DNA of 64,000 nucleotides from an uncultured Rhodanobacter sp. (GCA_937906285.1 CALCWL010000077.1:101-64100); one strand, 5' to 3'; counted from the stretch's first letter, positions 17,693 to 28,600 are shown. Notes: generated by a model from the letters alone, not told the origin. A program made the numbers and translations.

Positions 17693-18634
17693 ATGGCATT
17701 GAATCTGGCGAAAGTTCTGATTGCCTACTTGAAGGATCGGCCCGAGGAGAAGTTCACCGCAAGGCAGATCGCCGAGTGGGTGTTCGCCACGTTTCCGGCC
17801 GAGTGTCAGGCAAAGAAGGCAAGCAGCAAGTTCATCACCAACGATGCCGAGCTGGTGCAGCAGTTGGTCGCCGAGATCAGCTCGCAGCGCCCCGTCTTGC
17901 AAAAACGTCACCTGGAGTTGAAAACGACCGAAGGACGGCCGCGTAAGTACTACTACTCGGAGCGGACGGACAGTGCCGAGGTGGCAGCGGTCGAAAGCGC
18001 AGGAACGACGTCGGCAGCGGATGCGAGCGCATCGAAGGTCGACGAGCACGCCTTGTATCCGCTGCTGTCGCAGTATCTGTGGGAGGAGTTCGGTGTGTTC
18101 TCCAAACGCATCGACGAGAAGCGTTCGTCGAACAAGCGCGGCCCCAACGGCAACCGCTGGTTGTACCCGGATGTGGTCGGCATGGAAGATCTGGGCGCGG
18201 ACTGGCACCAGGAGGTGCGCGACTGCGTTAACCAGTATTCCGACAAGCGCACCAAGCTGTGGTCGTTCGAGGCCAAGCTGCTGATCAACCGTTCGAACGT
18301 GCGTGAGTGCTTTTTTCAGGCGGTGTCGAATTCGTCGTGGGCCAATTTCGGCTATTTGGTCGCGGCGGAGATCGGCGGCACCGATACGCTGAAGGAACTG
18401 CGGATGCTGTTCGCCGCCCACGGCATCGGCTTCATCAAGCTGGACGTGGACAACCCTGCCGACAGTCAGGTGCTGATTCCGGCGCGCGAGCGCGACGAGA
18501 TCGATTGGGACATGGCCAATCGGCTGGCCACGGAGAACCGAGATTTTCTGGAATACGTGAAGCTGGTGAAGCAGTTCTACCAGACCGGCGAGGCGCGCCC
18601 AGCGGACTGGGACGTTCCCGAACTGGACGATTGA
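17693..18634 (+). CDS. HrgA/COG2958-like protein (N-terminal HTH + PD-(D/E)XK-type domain)
   Basis: WLYPDVVG...SFEAK...FFQAVSNSSWANFGYLV. Confidence 0.75.
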   Translation: MALNLAKVLIAYLKDRPEEKFTARQIAEWVFATFPAECQAKKASSKFITNDAELVQQLVAEISSQRPVLQKRHLELKTTEGRPRKYYYSERTDSAEVAAVESAGTTSAADASASKVDEHALYPLLSQYLWEEFGVFSKRIDEKRSSNKRGPNGNRWLYPDVVGMEDLGADWHQEVRDCVNQYSDKRTKLWSFEAKLLINRSNVRECFFQAVSNSSWANFGYLVAAEIGGTDTLKELRMLFAAHGIGFIKLDVDNPADSQVLIPARERDEIDWDMANRLATENRDFLEYVKLVKQFYQTGEARPADWDVPELDD

Positions 18635-18638
18635 CCGC

Positions 18639-18929
18639 CTATTCCAGGTGGCCGACGACGTCGAGGCGTTCGTCGCCGCGCTGAAACGCGCCGAACCAGC
18701 CGTCACGCGAGTCGGCGCGGGTGCGGCTCACCAGCAGCGTGAACCCCTCGCAGCCGCGCCCTTTGGCGGTGGCGAAGTCGGTGGTGTCGAATTTGGCCTC
18801 GCGCACCAACGTCGTGGCCACCGACTTCATGGCCGATTCGAACAGGTCGAGCAGATGGTCTTGCAGGCTGGCGTCGATGTTGCGCGAGGTCACGTCGTCG
18901 ATGACGGCATGCTTGAATCGGTTACTCAT
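18639..18929 (-). CDS. Hypothetical protein (moron-like, preceded by the repeated motif)
   Basis: ATG 18929 with GGAG RBS; motif copy at 18961-18990. Confidence 0.65.
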   Translation of the reverse strand: MSNRFKHAVIDDVTSRNIDASLQDHLLDLFESAMKSVATTLVREAKFDTTDFATAKGRGCEGFTLLVSRTRADSRDGWFGAFQRGDERLDVVGHLE

Positions 18930-18960
18930 GGTCAATGCTCCGTGGTGGGTACGGATGTCA

Positions 18961-18990
18961 TGAACGCGCTGTTCGAGATGGAAGCCAAGC
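18961..18990 (-). promoter_or_regulatory. Repeated motif copy 1 (GCTTGGCTTC-N7-AACAGCGCGTTCA)
   Basis: Minus strand reads gcttggcttccatctcgaacagcgcgttca. Confidence 0.7.
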
Positions 18991-19036
18991 GCATTCGGAT
19001 GGAACGATCAGGTGTTGCGAAGTCGCCCAGCGCTGA

Positions 19037-19534
19037 CTACTTGGCGGTGGATGCCATCTCGCTGACCCACGCCTGCAACGCCCTCAGTTGCTCGGCGTTC
19101 TCATGGCAGGTCTGGTAGTTGGCGGCAACGGTTGCAGCGACGGCAGAGAGCGCAATGCCTGCGGCGGCCGCATCAGCATCTCGGGCGGGCTCGGGCAGTC
19201 GACCTTCGGCGGCAGCGTCGTGCAGGCGCACAAAGCCACGGTTGATAGTGCAAGCAGCATCGGCTTGTACTGGCACATAGACGGGAATCTCCTTGATGAT
19301 GGTGTCGCCGTTCTCGCGGACGATGCGGACGCGGTCGACGTACCGGGTGACGACCTTGACGGTGGCCTGCGCTTGTCGCTCGCGGACTTCGGCGGCCTGC
19401 AAGGTTTGCTTCTGGACGGCGGCGTCCCACCGGGCCTGAACGTGACCCGCGCCCTTGATCCAGCCGAAGCCGATCAGTGCGGCGGCGAGCAGGACGAGAG
19501 CCAGCCAGCGGTACGGCCACGGAATCAAGTTCAT
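19037..19534 (-). CDS. Rz-like inner-membrane spanin
   Basis: N-terminal TM plus helical region, directly after the endolysin. Confidence 0.75.
   Translation of the reverse strand: MNLIPWPYRWLALVLLAAALIGFGWIKGAGHVQARWDAAVQKQTLQAAEVRERQAQATVKVVTRYVDRVRIVRENGDTIIKEIPVYVPVQADAACTINRGFVRLHDAAAEGRLPEPARDADAAAAGIALSAVAATVAANYQTCHENAEQLRALQAWVSEMASTAK
19084..19278 (-). CDS. Rz1-like outer-membrane spanin lipoprotein embedded in Rz
   Basis: MLLALSTVALCA-C lipobox followed by a Pro-rich peptide in an alternate frame. Confidence 0.7.
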   Translation of the reverse strand: MCQYKPMLLALSTVALCACTTLPPKVDCPSPPEMLMRPPQALRSLPSLQPLPPTTRPAMRTPSN

Positions 19535-20031
19535 GGCGCTTCTCCGACGCACTGGCGGTACTCGGACTGCCGACGCGTGGCCAGTCCGCCGCACTGGCGC
19601 GCATTGGCAGGCAGCGCGCAGTCCTTACCCTGGAAGAAGCGCCAGCGCAGCAGCTCGGCACAGGCTCCGGCGTAGTCATCGGCGTTGAGTTTCCTCACCA
19701 GCGTGGACTGGCAGAACGCCCGGCTGCCGACGTTGTAGGAGAAGCTCACCAGCGCGTCGTACTCGTGCTGGGCCAGCGGCACGGTCACGCAAGCCTTCAG
19801 GGCACCCTCGAATTGCTGTACGTCGGTGAGCGCGCGGGCCAGCGCCTTCGGCGGCGTGGTGGTGTCGCCCAGCTTCACACCTGTGGTGGTGCCAAAGCCG
19901 ATGGTCGGCACATCGCCCTTGACCGGGATCACCGCGCGGTCGGTGTAGCCCTCGTGCAGCACGATGCCGACCAGCGCGGCGGCGGAGAGCGTCAGCGCGG
20001 CCACGGTGCGCCTTTGCGGTGGCCGGATCAT
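19531..20031 (-). CDS. Phage lysozyme (GH24), SAR-type endolysin
   Basis: HEG...DVPTIGFGTT catalytic E-D-T spacing, YDALVSFSYNVG, GLATRR; hydrophobic N-terminus. Confidence 0.92.
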   Translation of the reverse strand: MIRPPQRRTVAALTLSAAALVGIVLHEGYTDRAVIPVKGDVPTIGFGTTTGVKLGDTTTPPKALARALTDVQQFEGALKACVTVPLAQHEYDALVSFSYNVGSRAFCQSTLVRKLNADDYAGACAELLRWRFFQGKDCALPANARQCGGLATRRQSEYRQCVGEAP

Positions 20032-20267
20032 CGGTGCATCTCCGGCTGCGCCACGATACGTGCCACGGTCGCACCGATGCTGGCAGCGAAGGCCAGCAGC
20101 ACGAATGCGCCCCTTGGCATAACGTCCAGCAGCACGTCGCCAAACAGCGGCACCACCACTTCCGCCGCCGTGAAGGCAGCGGCCAGCAGCGAGAAGCGAA
20201 TACTCCAGGCCCGTCGCAACACGCGCCGCCAGTCGTCCAGAAGGCAGATCTTCGGCTTGGCGATCAT
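20028..20267 (-). CDS. Putative holin
   Basis: 79 aa, two TM helices, immediately upstream of the endolysin. Confidence 0.7.
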   Translation of the reverse strand: MIAKPKICLLDDWRRVLRRAWSIRFSLLAAAFTAAEVVVPLFGDVLLDVMPRGAFVLLAFAASIGATVARIVAQPEMHR

Positions 20268-20569
20268 TGGACGCCTCCCATCAACTTCAACTTTATGGCG
20301 GCCCCCACCAGCAGCGCGGCCAGGATGCCGGTGGTCACGACCTTGATGGTGGTCTGCCAAGCCGTTCGGCGGGCATCGCGCCACGCCTCCAGCAGATCGC
20401 GCAGTTCGCGGATGTCCTTCGCGGCGCTGTCGTTCTCCAACCCGAGGTGGGCGAGGCAACGCTCAGCTCCACGCTCGGCGGCACGGTCGAGTAGTTCGTC
20501 GAAGTCCTCGCGGCGCAGCAAGAGCATGTTTTCCACCAGTGCGGCGGGTTGATGTTCGGGTTCAGTCAT
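20264..20569 (-). CDS. Lysis-module membrane protein (DUF6127-like)
   Basis: AAERGA..L..LGL...AAKDIRELRDLLEAWRDA plus C-terminal TM. Confidence 0.65.
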   Translation of the reverse strand: MTEPEHQPAALVENMLLLRREDFDELLDRAAERGAERCLAHLGLENDSAAKDIRELRDLLEAWRDARRTAWQTTIKVVTTGILAALLVGAAIKLKLMGGVQ

Positions 20570-20582
20570 TGCAGGTCTCCAG

Positions 20583-20624
20583 AAAAGCGAAACCCGCCTG
20601 ATGCACGTGGCACCAAGGCGGGTT
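20583..20624 (-). terminator. Putative intrinsic terminator between tail and lysis genes
   Basis: AACCCGCCT/AGGCGGGTT stem (20591-20624) followed by TCGCTTTT on the minus strand. Confidence 0.55.
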
Positions 20625-20648
20625 CAGGGGTGATCAGGAAGATGGGTT

Positions 20649-20870
20649 TCAGATTTCGATGATTTCCAGCGTCAGGCTGGGTGCGTCGCCTTCGATGACG
20701 TCGTCTCGCACGAACACCTTCTGGCCGATGGCGGCGCTGCCGCGCGCGCGGATCAGGCCACCACCGGGCAAGGCGACGGTCACGACGCCGGAGCCGACGC
20801 TCACCACCGTGCCCGCCTGCAATGGCGGATCAGGGATAAGTTGGCGGAACTGCTCGTAGAGGTTATGCAT
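20649..20870 (-). CDS. Small tail-region protein
   Basis: 73-aa ORF coupled to the upstream tail gene. Confidence 0.65.
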   Translation of the reverse strand: MHNLYEQFRQLIPDPPLQAGTVVSVGSGVVTVALPGGGLIRARGSAAIGQKVFVRDDVIEGDAPSLTLEIIEI

Positions 20871-22875
20871 GGCTCTGCACCCCCAAGGTCTGCCAGACCT
20901 CCGGCATTCCTGCCTCGACTTGCGTCGAGCGCACGATGCCCAGCCTCGTCACGCTGCCGTCCTGGTACTCGACGAACGCACCCGGCTCGATGATCCCCGT
21001 CTCGGCCAGCACCGGCAGGCGCAGGCTCACCTCGATCTGCTGCCCCGTGTCGGCGAGCACAGCGATACCCCGCTGACGTGCCGCAGCGGCTTCGGTGATG
21101 AGCGCATCGACCACCATCGGCGCCAGCACATCGCCCGCCGTGCCTGCGCGCGTGACCTGACCGAGCACACCGACATCCTGCCCTGACACGAACACGCGGT
21201 TGTAGCCGGGCTTCTCCACCCAGCGCAGCGACTCGCGGGCCACGGCATCGACGGGCAGCACGAAGTCGGGCGTGACGGTGCTCCACTCCCACGGGGCGGC
21301 CGGATAGCGATGGCGCACGCGGATGCTCTGGTCGGACGGATGCGGGATCAGGTAGCCCCCGGCGGCGCTGGCAATCGCAACCAAGGCTTCCATCCACGTG
21401 CCCTGCTGGGTGAACACCCCGGCCGGGACATTCCAGTCCGTCAGGCCCCAATCGATGTTCCAGCCCAGCGGGATGCCGTTGAGCGTCAGCACGTCGTCCA
21501 TCAACTGCCGCGCCGTGCGCGCCTGCGGTTGCTGGAAGTACATCACCGGCGCGTAAGGCGCGGCCAGCACAGCGTTGCGCCCACGGCCCGAGATGCGGAT
21601 GCTGGCGTCGCCAAACACCCGCTCGCGGCTGATGCTCTCGGCCAGCACCCGGAAGGCTGTGCCGTTGACGCTGGCCACCAGTTCGACCGGGCCGCCGTTG
21701 CTGCCGGGCGCGACGAGGCTTTTTGCGGCGGCGGGAAGCAGTGCCTCGAAGCCCCACGTCCAGGACGCGGCATCGAGCGACAGCGAGAGATTGAACACCG
21801 GCACGGGCAAGCCATCGGGCAGCCGGTGCAGGGTCACGTTGTTGATCACGAAGTAGACCCTCCGGATGGGAACGACCACCGGCTCGCCATCGGGCGGCTC
21901 GATGTGGTTTTCGCAGAAGAACAGCAGGTGGGCACTGGCCGGAGCCAGCGCAGCGAACAGCAGGTGGCCGCTGGGCGTGTAGCAACGCGGCGGGTCGGGC
22001 GGCTCGGGGATCACCCACACGCTGATACCGGGCGGTGGCCGCATCGCGTCCTGGTACCGCCCGCGCCAGCCGACCTGTCGGCGGCTTGCGCTCTGGAAGT
22101 CTGAACCCTGGCGCTGCGTCAGCGGTCGGGCGTTCTGCCAGAGGGCGAGCCGACCGGCGCGCTTGCTGCGGTCACCGTCCTGATGCGCGAAGCGCGTGGC
22201 GTCGCGCAAACGGGTGGCGTTCTGGAACACGCCCGTCCGAATCTGCGCGATGGGCGTCGCGTTCTCGTGGGTGAACCCGGTTGCGCCGTGCAAGCGCGTC
22301 GCCTGCTGCTGGCCGGTGCGCCGCAGCAGCGGCGTGGCCACCAAGATTGGCGGCAGGCGGTGCGCGATGCCGTGAACCGACACACCCCCACGCTGCCACG
22401 CCGCGCCCCAGCCTGCGGGCGTCGCCGTCGCATCCTGCTGGCGCTGCGCTGCGCCGTCCTCGCGCTGCACGGCCTGTTGCCACTCGTGCGCCGTTTGGCC
22501 CACCGTCGGGCGCTGCGTGCGCGAGGCGTAGCGCACCTCGCTGGTGAATACCACGCCGGGCAGGCTGGCCACGCCGACGTTGAGCGGTACGCTCGGGCGC
22601 AGGATGAGCGTGCTGACCGTCAGGCCCGGCAGTTCTGCCAGCAACTCGGCTCGGGCCGGAGGGATGAACTTGATCACGACGACCGGCAGCGGCAGCGTGG
22701 CACGCACCGTCACATCGTCGCGCGGGGCGATGTAGTTCGCCCCGAACACCAAGTTGGCGTCGGCGGCCGCCGGTTGATCGAACAACAGATCGACCAGCGG
22801 GGGGCCGACCAACACGGTCGCGGCGGGCACGGGCAACGTGGCGACCAAGGTCACCTCGTCGGGAGCGGCAGGCAC
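20863..22875 (-). CDS. Tail hub/tip-associated protein (putative)
   Basis: 670-aa ORF in the tail module; position-based. Confidence 0.6.
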   Translation of the reverse strand: MPAAPDEVTLVATLPVPAATVLVGPPLVDLLFDQPAAADANLVFGANYIAPRDDVTVRATLPLPVVVIKFIPPARAELLAELPGLTVSTLILRPSVPLNVGVASLPGVVFTSEVRYASRTQRPTVGQTAHEWQQAVQREDGAAQRQQDATATPAGWGAAWQRGGVSVHGIAHRLPPILVATPLLRRTGQQQATRLHGATGFTHENATPIAQIRTGVFQNATRLRDATRFAHQDGDRSKRAGRLALWQNARPLTQRQGSDFQSASRRQVGWRGRYQDAMRPPPGISVWVIPEPPDPPRCYTPSGHLLFAALAPASAHLLFFCENHIEPPDGEPVVVPIRRVYFVINNVTLHRLPDGLPVPVFNLSLSLDAASWTWGFEALLPAAAKSLVAPGSNGGPVELVASVNGTAFRVLAESISRERVFGDASIRISGRGRNAVLAAPYAPVMYFQQPQARTARQLMDDVLTLNGIPLGWNIDWGLTDWNVPAGVFTQQGTWMEALVAIASAAGGYLIPHPSDQSIRVRHRYPAAPWEWSTVTPDFVLPVDAVARESLRWVEKPGYNRVFVSGQDVGVLGQVTRAGTAGDVLAPMVVDALITEAAAARQRGIAVLADTGQQIEVSLRLPVLAETGIIEPGAFVEYQDGSVTRLGIVRSTQVEAGMPEVWQTLGVQSHA

Positions 22876-22878
22876 GGC

Positions 22879-23274
22879 TTACCCCAAGATGGCCGACACC
22901 ATCCGTGCATCTCCACCGAGATACAGATTGGTGCTGGCCAGTTTCACGTCGCCACTGCCATCGGTGCCGCTGCAATCCAGATCCAGGGCATTGACCTCGT
23001 TGCCGTTGACCAGCCGGGCCCAGGTGGCGATGCCGGTGGCCGCAATCAGCCCATCCTCCTGCTGCGTCAGTGTGAGCAGCCCACCCGCAATCGTGCCCGC
23101 AGGCTTGGTCAGCCTGATCTCCACCAGCATCGCACTGGTCGGCGTCGTGGACGGCGTGGCAGGCCGCGTGCCACCGTAGATGCGCAGTCGCGCCGGGCTG
23201 GCCCCCGCGTCGAGGAAGGCCAAGGTGCCCGCCAGCCGCGCCTCGTTGTGTTCGACAGTGATGGCGACGGTCAC
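22879..23274 (-). CDS. Tail-associated hypothetical protein
   Basis: GTGA overlap; ATGIATWARL motif seen in phage tail proteins. Confidence 0.6.
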   Translation of the reverse strand: MTVAITVEHNEARLAGTLAFLDAGASPARLRIYGGTRPATPSTTPTSAMLVEIRLTKPAGTIAGGLLTLTQQEDGLIAATGIATWARLVNGNEVNALDLDCSGTDGSGDVKLASTNLYLGGDARMVSAILG

Positions 23275-24356
23275 GGCATCAACTCCGGGCGTAGGTTGTC
23301 CGCGATCACGGCGCGGTACATCTGCTTGTGGTCGTAGCTGACCACGGTGTAGCGCTGGGACAGATCGATCAGGTCGAACCGGTAAGCGCCCGTGGGGTCG
23401 CTCCAGGTTTCGGCCACCAGGACGCGGGTGTTCTCGCTGATGAGCTGCACCCGCCGCATCAGGGGCTGGTCGGGCTGCCCCTTCTCCTTGACCGTTCCGG
23501 CGATGAAGCCGTGGCCGCTGAAGTGGATGTCCTTGCGGCCGTTCGGAATCGGATGGAAGTGCCAGTCGTAGCCACCACCTCGGTTCCACAACTCCGAGTT
23601 GGGACTGTTCAAGCGCATCAGGTCGCAGTCGGCGTTGACGCCGATGTTGGCGGCGGGATCGGGCAGCACCGAGGTCGATCCACCGGCCAGCGGCAGCAGA
23701 TCGTCGGCGGCGTTCACGCCCACCGCCGCTGGAAACGCAGGCAAGCCCGAAGGCGTGTCACCCGCAATGACGTGGACGCGGGCCGTGGCCCCGTACAGAA
23801 AGACGCCCGGAATCAGCTTGCCCCGGTAGGCAGCGTCTCCGACCTGGAACATCAGCACGCCACCGGCCTTGAACTGGATCAGGCGCGCCCACGGCACCCC
23901 GTTGGCATCGAAGGCCCCGACGATCACCTCGCAGCGCAGAATCATCCGTTGGCCGACGTTGAAGGTCGGGGCCACGTCGCCCAGACCGGCAATGGGCTTC
24001 GCGCCATCGTTGACGCCGCCCGTCACCGCTGCCCCGTCGCCGAAGCCGCTGTTCCAGCGGGAAACACTCCACCCACCGTCGAGATGGGCGAATCGGTAGC
24101 CCTCGGCACCGTTGCCCGTGGTCATCCACAGACCGATGTGCTTGCGGGCGCTTGGGTCGGTCAGGAGCTCGACATCGGCCTCGAACCAGAAGTCACCGTG
24201 CGCCGTCTCGTTGAAGCGCAGGATCGATTGGGCGTTCGGAGCCGAGAGGTCGATGGCCTGCTGGGCGCTGTTGTGGCTGGCGGACATGCTGCCCAGCACC
24301 GTGGTGTAGCCGCTCAAAGGGGCGGCGGCGAAGGTGTCGCTCAACGGGTAGGCCAC
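23271..24356 (-). CDS. Tail fibre/receptor-binding-associated protein (putative)
   Basis: Beta-rich ORF; C-terminal prealbumin-like segment ETWSDPTGAYRF. Confidence 0.55.
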   Translation of the reverse strand: MAYPLSDTFAAAPLSGYTTVLGSMSASHNSAQQAIDLSAPNAQSILRFNETAHGDFWFEADVELLTDPSARKHIGLWMTTGNGAEGYRFAHLDGGWSVSRWNSGFGDGAAVTGGVNDGAKPIAGLGDVAPTFNVGQRMILRCEVIVGAFDANGVPWARLIQFKAGGVLMFQVGDAAYRGKLIPGVFLYGATARVHVIAGDTPSGLPAFPAAVGVNAADDLLPLAGGSTSVLPDPAANIGVNADCDLMRLNSPNSELWNRGGGYDWHFHPIPNGRKDIHFSGHGFIAGTVKEKGQPDQPLMRRVQLISENTRVLVAETWSDPTGAYRFDLIDLSQRYTVVSYDHKQMYRAVIADNLRPELMP

Positions 24357-24359
24357 GGA

Positions 24360-25625
24360 TCACCTCCACGGCCCGGTGATGTCGAACGCGATCTGCGCGC
24401 CTTCGGTTTCCGAGCTGTACTGCGTCCTGACCAGCAGGAAGCGCTTGCCCGCCTGACCGACCACGTTGTCGACGATGGTCTGATCGCTATAGGGGCGGTC
24501 TTGGGGCATCCACAGCATCCCCGGCAGGATGCCGCGCATATGGCCGTCCTCTTGCCTCACGTAGGTGGGCAGCAGCCACAGGCTGTAGTCCGCCCCGTTC
24601 GGGAACGGCGTCGGGCCACGACCGCAGATCTGCTGGCCATTATTCGTGTTCAGGGAGGTCAGCCCGAAGCGCACCGGGTTGCCGAGCTGGGTGTGATTGC
24701 GCAGCAGCACCTTGCCCGTGAAGTCCAGCGACGAGACCAGACCGTAGCCGCTGAACTGCCCGGGATAGCTCCAGTAGTTGCTCATGCCCGAGTAGTTGTC
24801 GTCGGCAGCCAGCACCGTGGCGTAGTTGTCGCCCGGCTTGAAGCTCGTGATGTCGCCGAAGCAGTAGCAATTGCGGCCATACCAGCCGTAGCCCGCTGCA
24901 TTGGTGCAGAACAGGAAGAACAGGCGGTCGTCACCGATCAGCACCCAGTTACGGCCACCTCCGCCGCTGTCGCCGTTGCTCTCGTACTGATTGCTTCGGG
25001 CGTGGAACCATTTGTACCAACCCCACTGGCTGGCAGTGACCTGCTTCCAGTTCTGCGTCGGGTTGTTCGGGTCATAGGGGGCCTGCGCGCCAACGATGGT
25101 GTCGATGTCCGACAGGTCTTCGACGATGCCGACGTTGGCCCACTTGGCCCAGCCCGTCGTGTAGTTGGGCGTCTTGAGGCTGTTGTCGATCAGCAGGATG
25201 TTCTGCGGCGACTGCGGGTTCTTGCTGCGGTAGGCGGCCTTGCTCGTTCCCGCGAACGGCTTCTCCCAGCCGAGTGAAGCCACCTTGGCACTCAGGTTCG
25301 TGGTCGTCGTCGCGGGCGACACCGGTGCTCCCGTCACCGCGTAGGTGAAGGCGGTCGTGGTCGTCGTCAGTACGCGGAACGATCCGTTGTACTCGGGCTG
25401 CTCGGCTCCTGCGATCTCGACCACCTGAAATGGCCGATAGGCGTGGCCGCTGGAAATGGTGGCCGTAGCGATGCCATCGGCGAAGGTCAGCGTGTCGATG
25501 GCCTTGAGGGCGAAGCCGTTGACGAGGCAGGCGTCGAGCATCGTCACCAGATCGCCCCAGTTGTTGGAGATCTGCGGCGCGCCGGTCATGCCGCTGTTGA
25601 AGTATTTGACGGTGAGGTCAGCCAT
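24360..25625 (-). CDS. Tail fibre-like protein (putative)
   Basis: N-terminal GAPQI...GDLVTMLDACLVNGF typical of phage tail proteins. Confidence 0.6.
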   Translation of the reverse strand: MADLTVKYFNSGMTGAPQISNNWGDLVTMLDACLVNGFALKAIDTLTFADGIATATISSGHAYRPFQVVEIAGAEQPEYNGSFRVLTTTTTAFTYAVTGAPVSPATTTTNLSAKVASLGWEKPFAGTSKAAYRSKNPQSPQNILLIDNSLKTPNYTTGWAKWANVGIVEDLSDIDTIVGAQAPYDPNNPTQNWKQVTASQWGWYKWFHARSNQYESNGDSGGGGRNWVLIGDDRLFFLFCTNAAGYGWYGRNCYCFGDITSFKPGDNYATVLAADDNYSGMSNYWSYPGQFSGYGLVSSLDFTGKVLLRNHTQLGNPVRFGLTSLNTNNGQQICGRGPTPFPNGADYSLWLLPTYVRQEDGHMRGILPGMLWMPQDRPYSDQTIVDNVVGQAGKRFLLVRTQYSSETEGAQIAFDITGPWR

Positions 25626-25643
25626 TGCATTGATTCCTTATGG

Positions 25644-28600
25644 TCAAGGGGTGTCGACGTCGCCGCGAATCAGCAACGTGAAGTGGTCGTCGGGAACGGA
25701 CTCCGGGCCCTGCTGGACGGTGCGCACCACCCACACCGGGAACTGGCTTCCGATGGTGTTGAAGCGCAGCACGTTGCCGGTGGCCCAGCCGTTGCCCCAG
25801 CCGAGCGCGGGCAGGCGGAAGTACGGCACCCCGGTCGCCGGGTTGTTGGGCGCGCAGTCGGCACTGGTGTTGCCGGTGGCGATCACGCCGACGTTCTCGC
25901 CGATGACCTCGAACGAGGTGCTGTTGGTCATCCGCACCACCCAGCGCTCGGTCAGCGCCCCGCGATTGCTGACCGTGATCGGGTACTGCGTGTGGTTGAA
26001 GGTGGCGGTGGCGGCGCTGCCCACCAACTCATCCGACCAGCCGCCGTTCCAGGTGCTCTGGTCGAACACGAGGTTCACGCGGGCGAACAGGTCTCCGGCC
26101 ACCAGCGCACTGGAGACGAAACTGCCGGAGACCGGATCGCCGGGACTGGCCAGCGGATAGGCGTGCGTCAGAGGCCGCGTGAAGCTGATCTCGCCGTTGA
26201 TCTGCACATCGCGCACCACGGCCATATCCTCGATGCGGTGCTCAATGGTCACCGGCTGGCTGTAGCCCGCCACGTTGGTGAAGGTAACCGTGCCCGCTTC
26301 CAGATCGGTGACGTAGCCGGTGTGGATGACCACGCCGTCGTTGCCGACCACGCGCACCCGCGACAGGCGCACCCGCGCGCAGTCGATGGTCTGGCCGTTG
26401 CTGACCGACGTCGTGATGCGACCGGTGTGGCCGACCACCGCAAAGCCACCGGGCCGGAAGATCGGCACCCGCCCGTCGCTGGGCAGGCGCACTGGGTCGA
26501 TGCCCAGCAGCGCCGCGTCCAGGGGCAGATAGCTGTAGGCCACGGCGCTATAGCGCAGGCTGGAGGCCGCCACCGGCTCGGGCCGGAAGATCTTGCCGTC
26601 AGCGCGGACGTTCTCGGCATCGAACCACGGCTCCGTCTCGTTGCCCGCCGCCGTGACCACGGTGCCAAAGCGCACGCGCACGAGGCCGGTGTCGTAATCG
26701 ACATTGCCGCTGACGCCGGACGCGCTGATCGTGCCGTCGATGCCTGCCGTCACGGTCTGCGTGCCACCCACGGCACGGGCGAACTGGATGGACAGCGATC
26801 CCGGGCGCAGCGGCGCGGCACCGGTGCGGAACACGTACTCGCTGGATATGTTCTCGCCAACGGTGGTCACGCAACTGGCGCGCGTGATGCTGTTGGCCGC
26901 GCCCGCCGACCAGGAGCTGAGCGTCACCGCGCCCGAGAGGTAGTTGATGCTGCCGCGCGTGATCCAGCCGCTGGGCGTGAACTCACGCAGCGTGCCCTGA
27001 CCGTTGTCGCCCCAGGGCTGGCTGCCTGCGATGGCGAGCAGCACCGTGCCGGTCACCACCTGCGCGTTCACGCCCGGCACCAGCCGAAACGACGGGCTAA
27101 ACGCGAACGTCTCGCTGTGGTTGCTGGTCGAGCCCGCGCTGTTGTAGCGCAGCTTGACGTAGCCGGACTCGTCGTTCGGGTACAGCGACGGTGCATCCAC
27201 GTAACTGATGCCGCCGTAGTTGAGGCGGAACATCTGGCCCACGCCCGCAGCCCAGCCGAGGCGTTGCGCGCCATAGACGGGGCTCGGAATCTTGACCGTG
27301 ACGTCGGGCTGGAACTGCACCGCCCCGGTGGCGTAGTTGACGCTGCCGATGACGACGCCGGAGCGCAGCACGTTGCCCGCACCATCGTCGCGGGCGTATT
27401 GCGTGGGATCGACGCCGTTCCACAGGCCCAGCCCCATCGCCTGAATCTGCTGCAACGTGTAGACCCCGAGCACGGCGGTGTCGGTCAGGGTGTTCCATTC
27501 GATCTCCAGCGAACCCGGCTCGATGGAGCCCAGGGTCGCGGTCACCGGCACCTTGCCCTGACCGTCGCGCGAGGGGTGCGCGAAGCTGTCTTCCTGCTTG
27601 GGGCCCGCGACGTAGTCCACCGTCAGCAGCGCGCCGACAGGCGGCAGCACGTTGGGTGCGAAGCTCAAGAGGTTCTGCGCGACGTTCAGATTGCCGGTGG
27701 CGGCTCCACTGAGCATGCCGGAGGTGGCGGCGGACGCCGTGCATGTGCCGGTGCCGCTCTCGTGCGGCCAGGTGATGGTGAGCGTTCCCGGCTGCACACT
27801 CTTGCCTTCTGGCGGGGCGAGCTGCAAGGCCTGCGAGATCTTCAGGGCGGCGGTCGGCTGCTGCGTTTCCTGCGTCGGCACATTCCACGTCAGGATCAAG
27901 GACGAGCCCACGTCGGGCAGCGCGCCCAGCGTTACCACGAAGGCCCCGGTGTTCTTGTTGAAGGTGCCCGCGCCGTAGCTGGCGTCCAGCCCCTTGAGCG
28001 AGCCGTTGCCACCATCCGACAGCACGTACCAGCGGCCCTGCGCCATGTAGCTGATGGAAAGCGTGCCGGGCTGCGGCACCGGGTTCACGGTGCCGACGTA
28101 GGACTGGCTGCGCGACTCCGGCGTGACCGCGATCTCCGAGCTTTGCGGCGCGCGCTGCAAAGACGCGGCGGGCGTGTAGGTGATGGACTTCGCTGAAGAC
28201 ATCGAGCCCGAGTTCAAGCTCAGGATGCCGTTGGCGTAGTCGATGGTGCCCAGCGTGCCGCTGGCGGTCTTGAGCAGGCCCGCGTCGTCGAAGATCGTGA
28301 CGCCGTCGGTGACGATGGACAGCGATCCGGGCAGGCAGCCGCCCGGCAGATTGAACTTGAGGGTGGTGTTCCAGGCGTGGCTGGCCGTGTAACTCACGGG
28401 TGCCGCGCCCGGCACCGGCAAGCCCGCTGCGGCATACGGCGGCACGAACGAGATCGGCGTCTCGGTCTGGGCGCTGGGCACGAGCTGCGTGTAGATGGAC
28501 GCGCCCTTGAGGGTGAAGTCGCCCACATTGGCCGCTTGCGTCAGCGGCACCACGCCGACGTAGGTGCCCGCATCGGCGACCACCGTGTCGCGCGTTCGGG

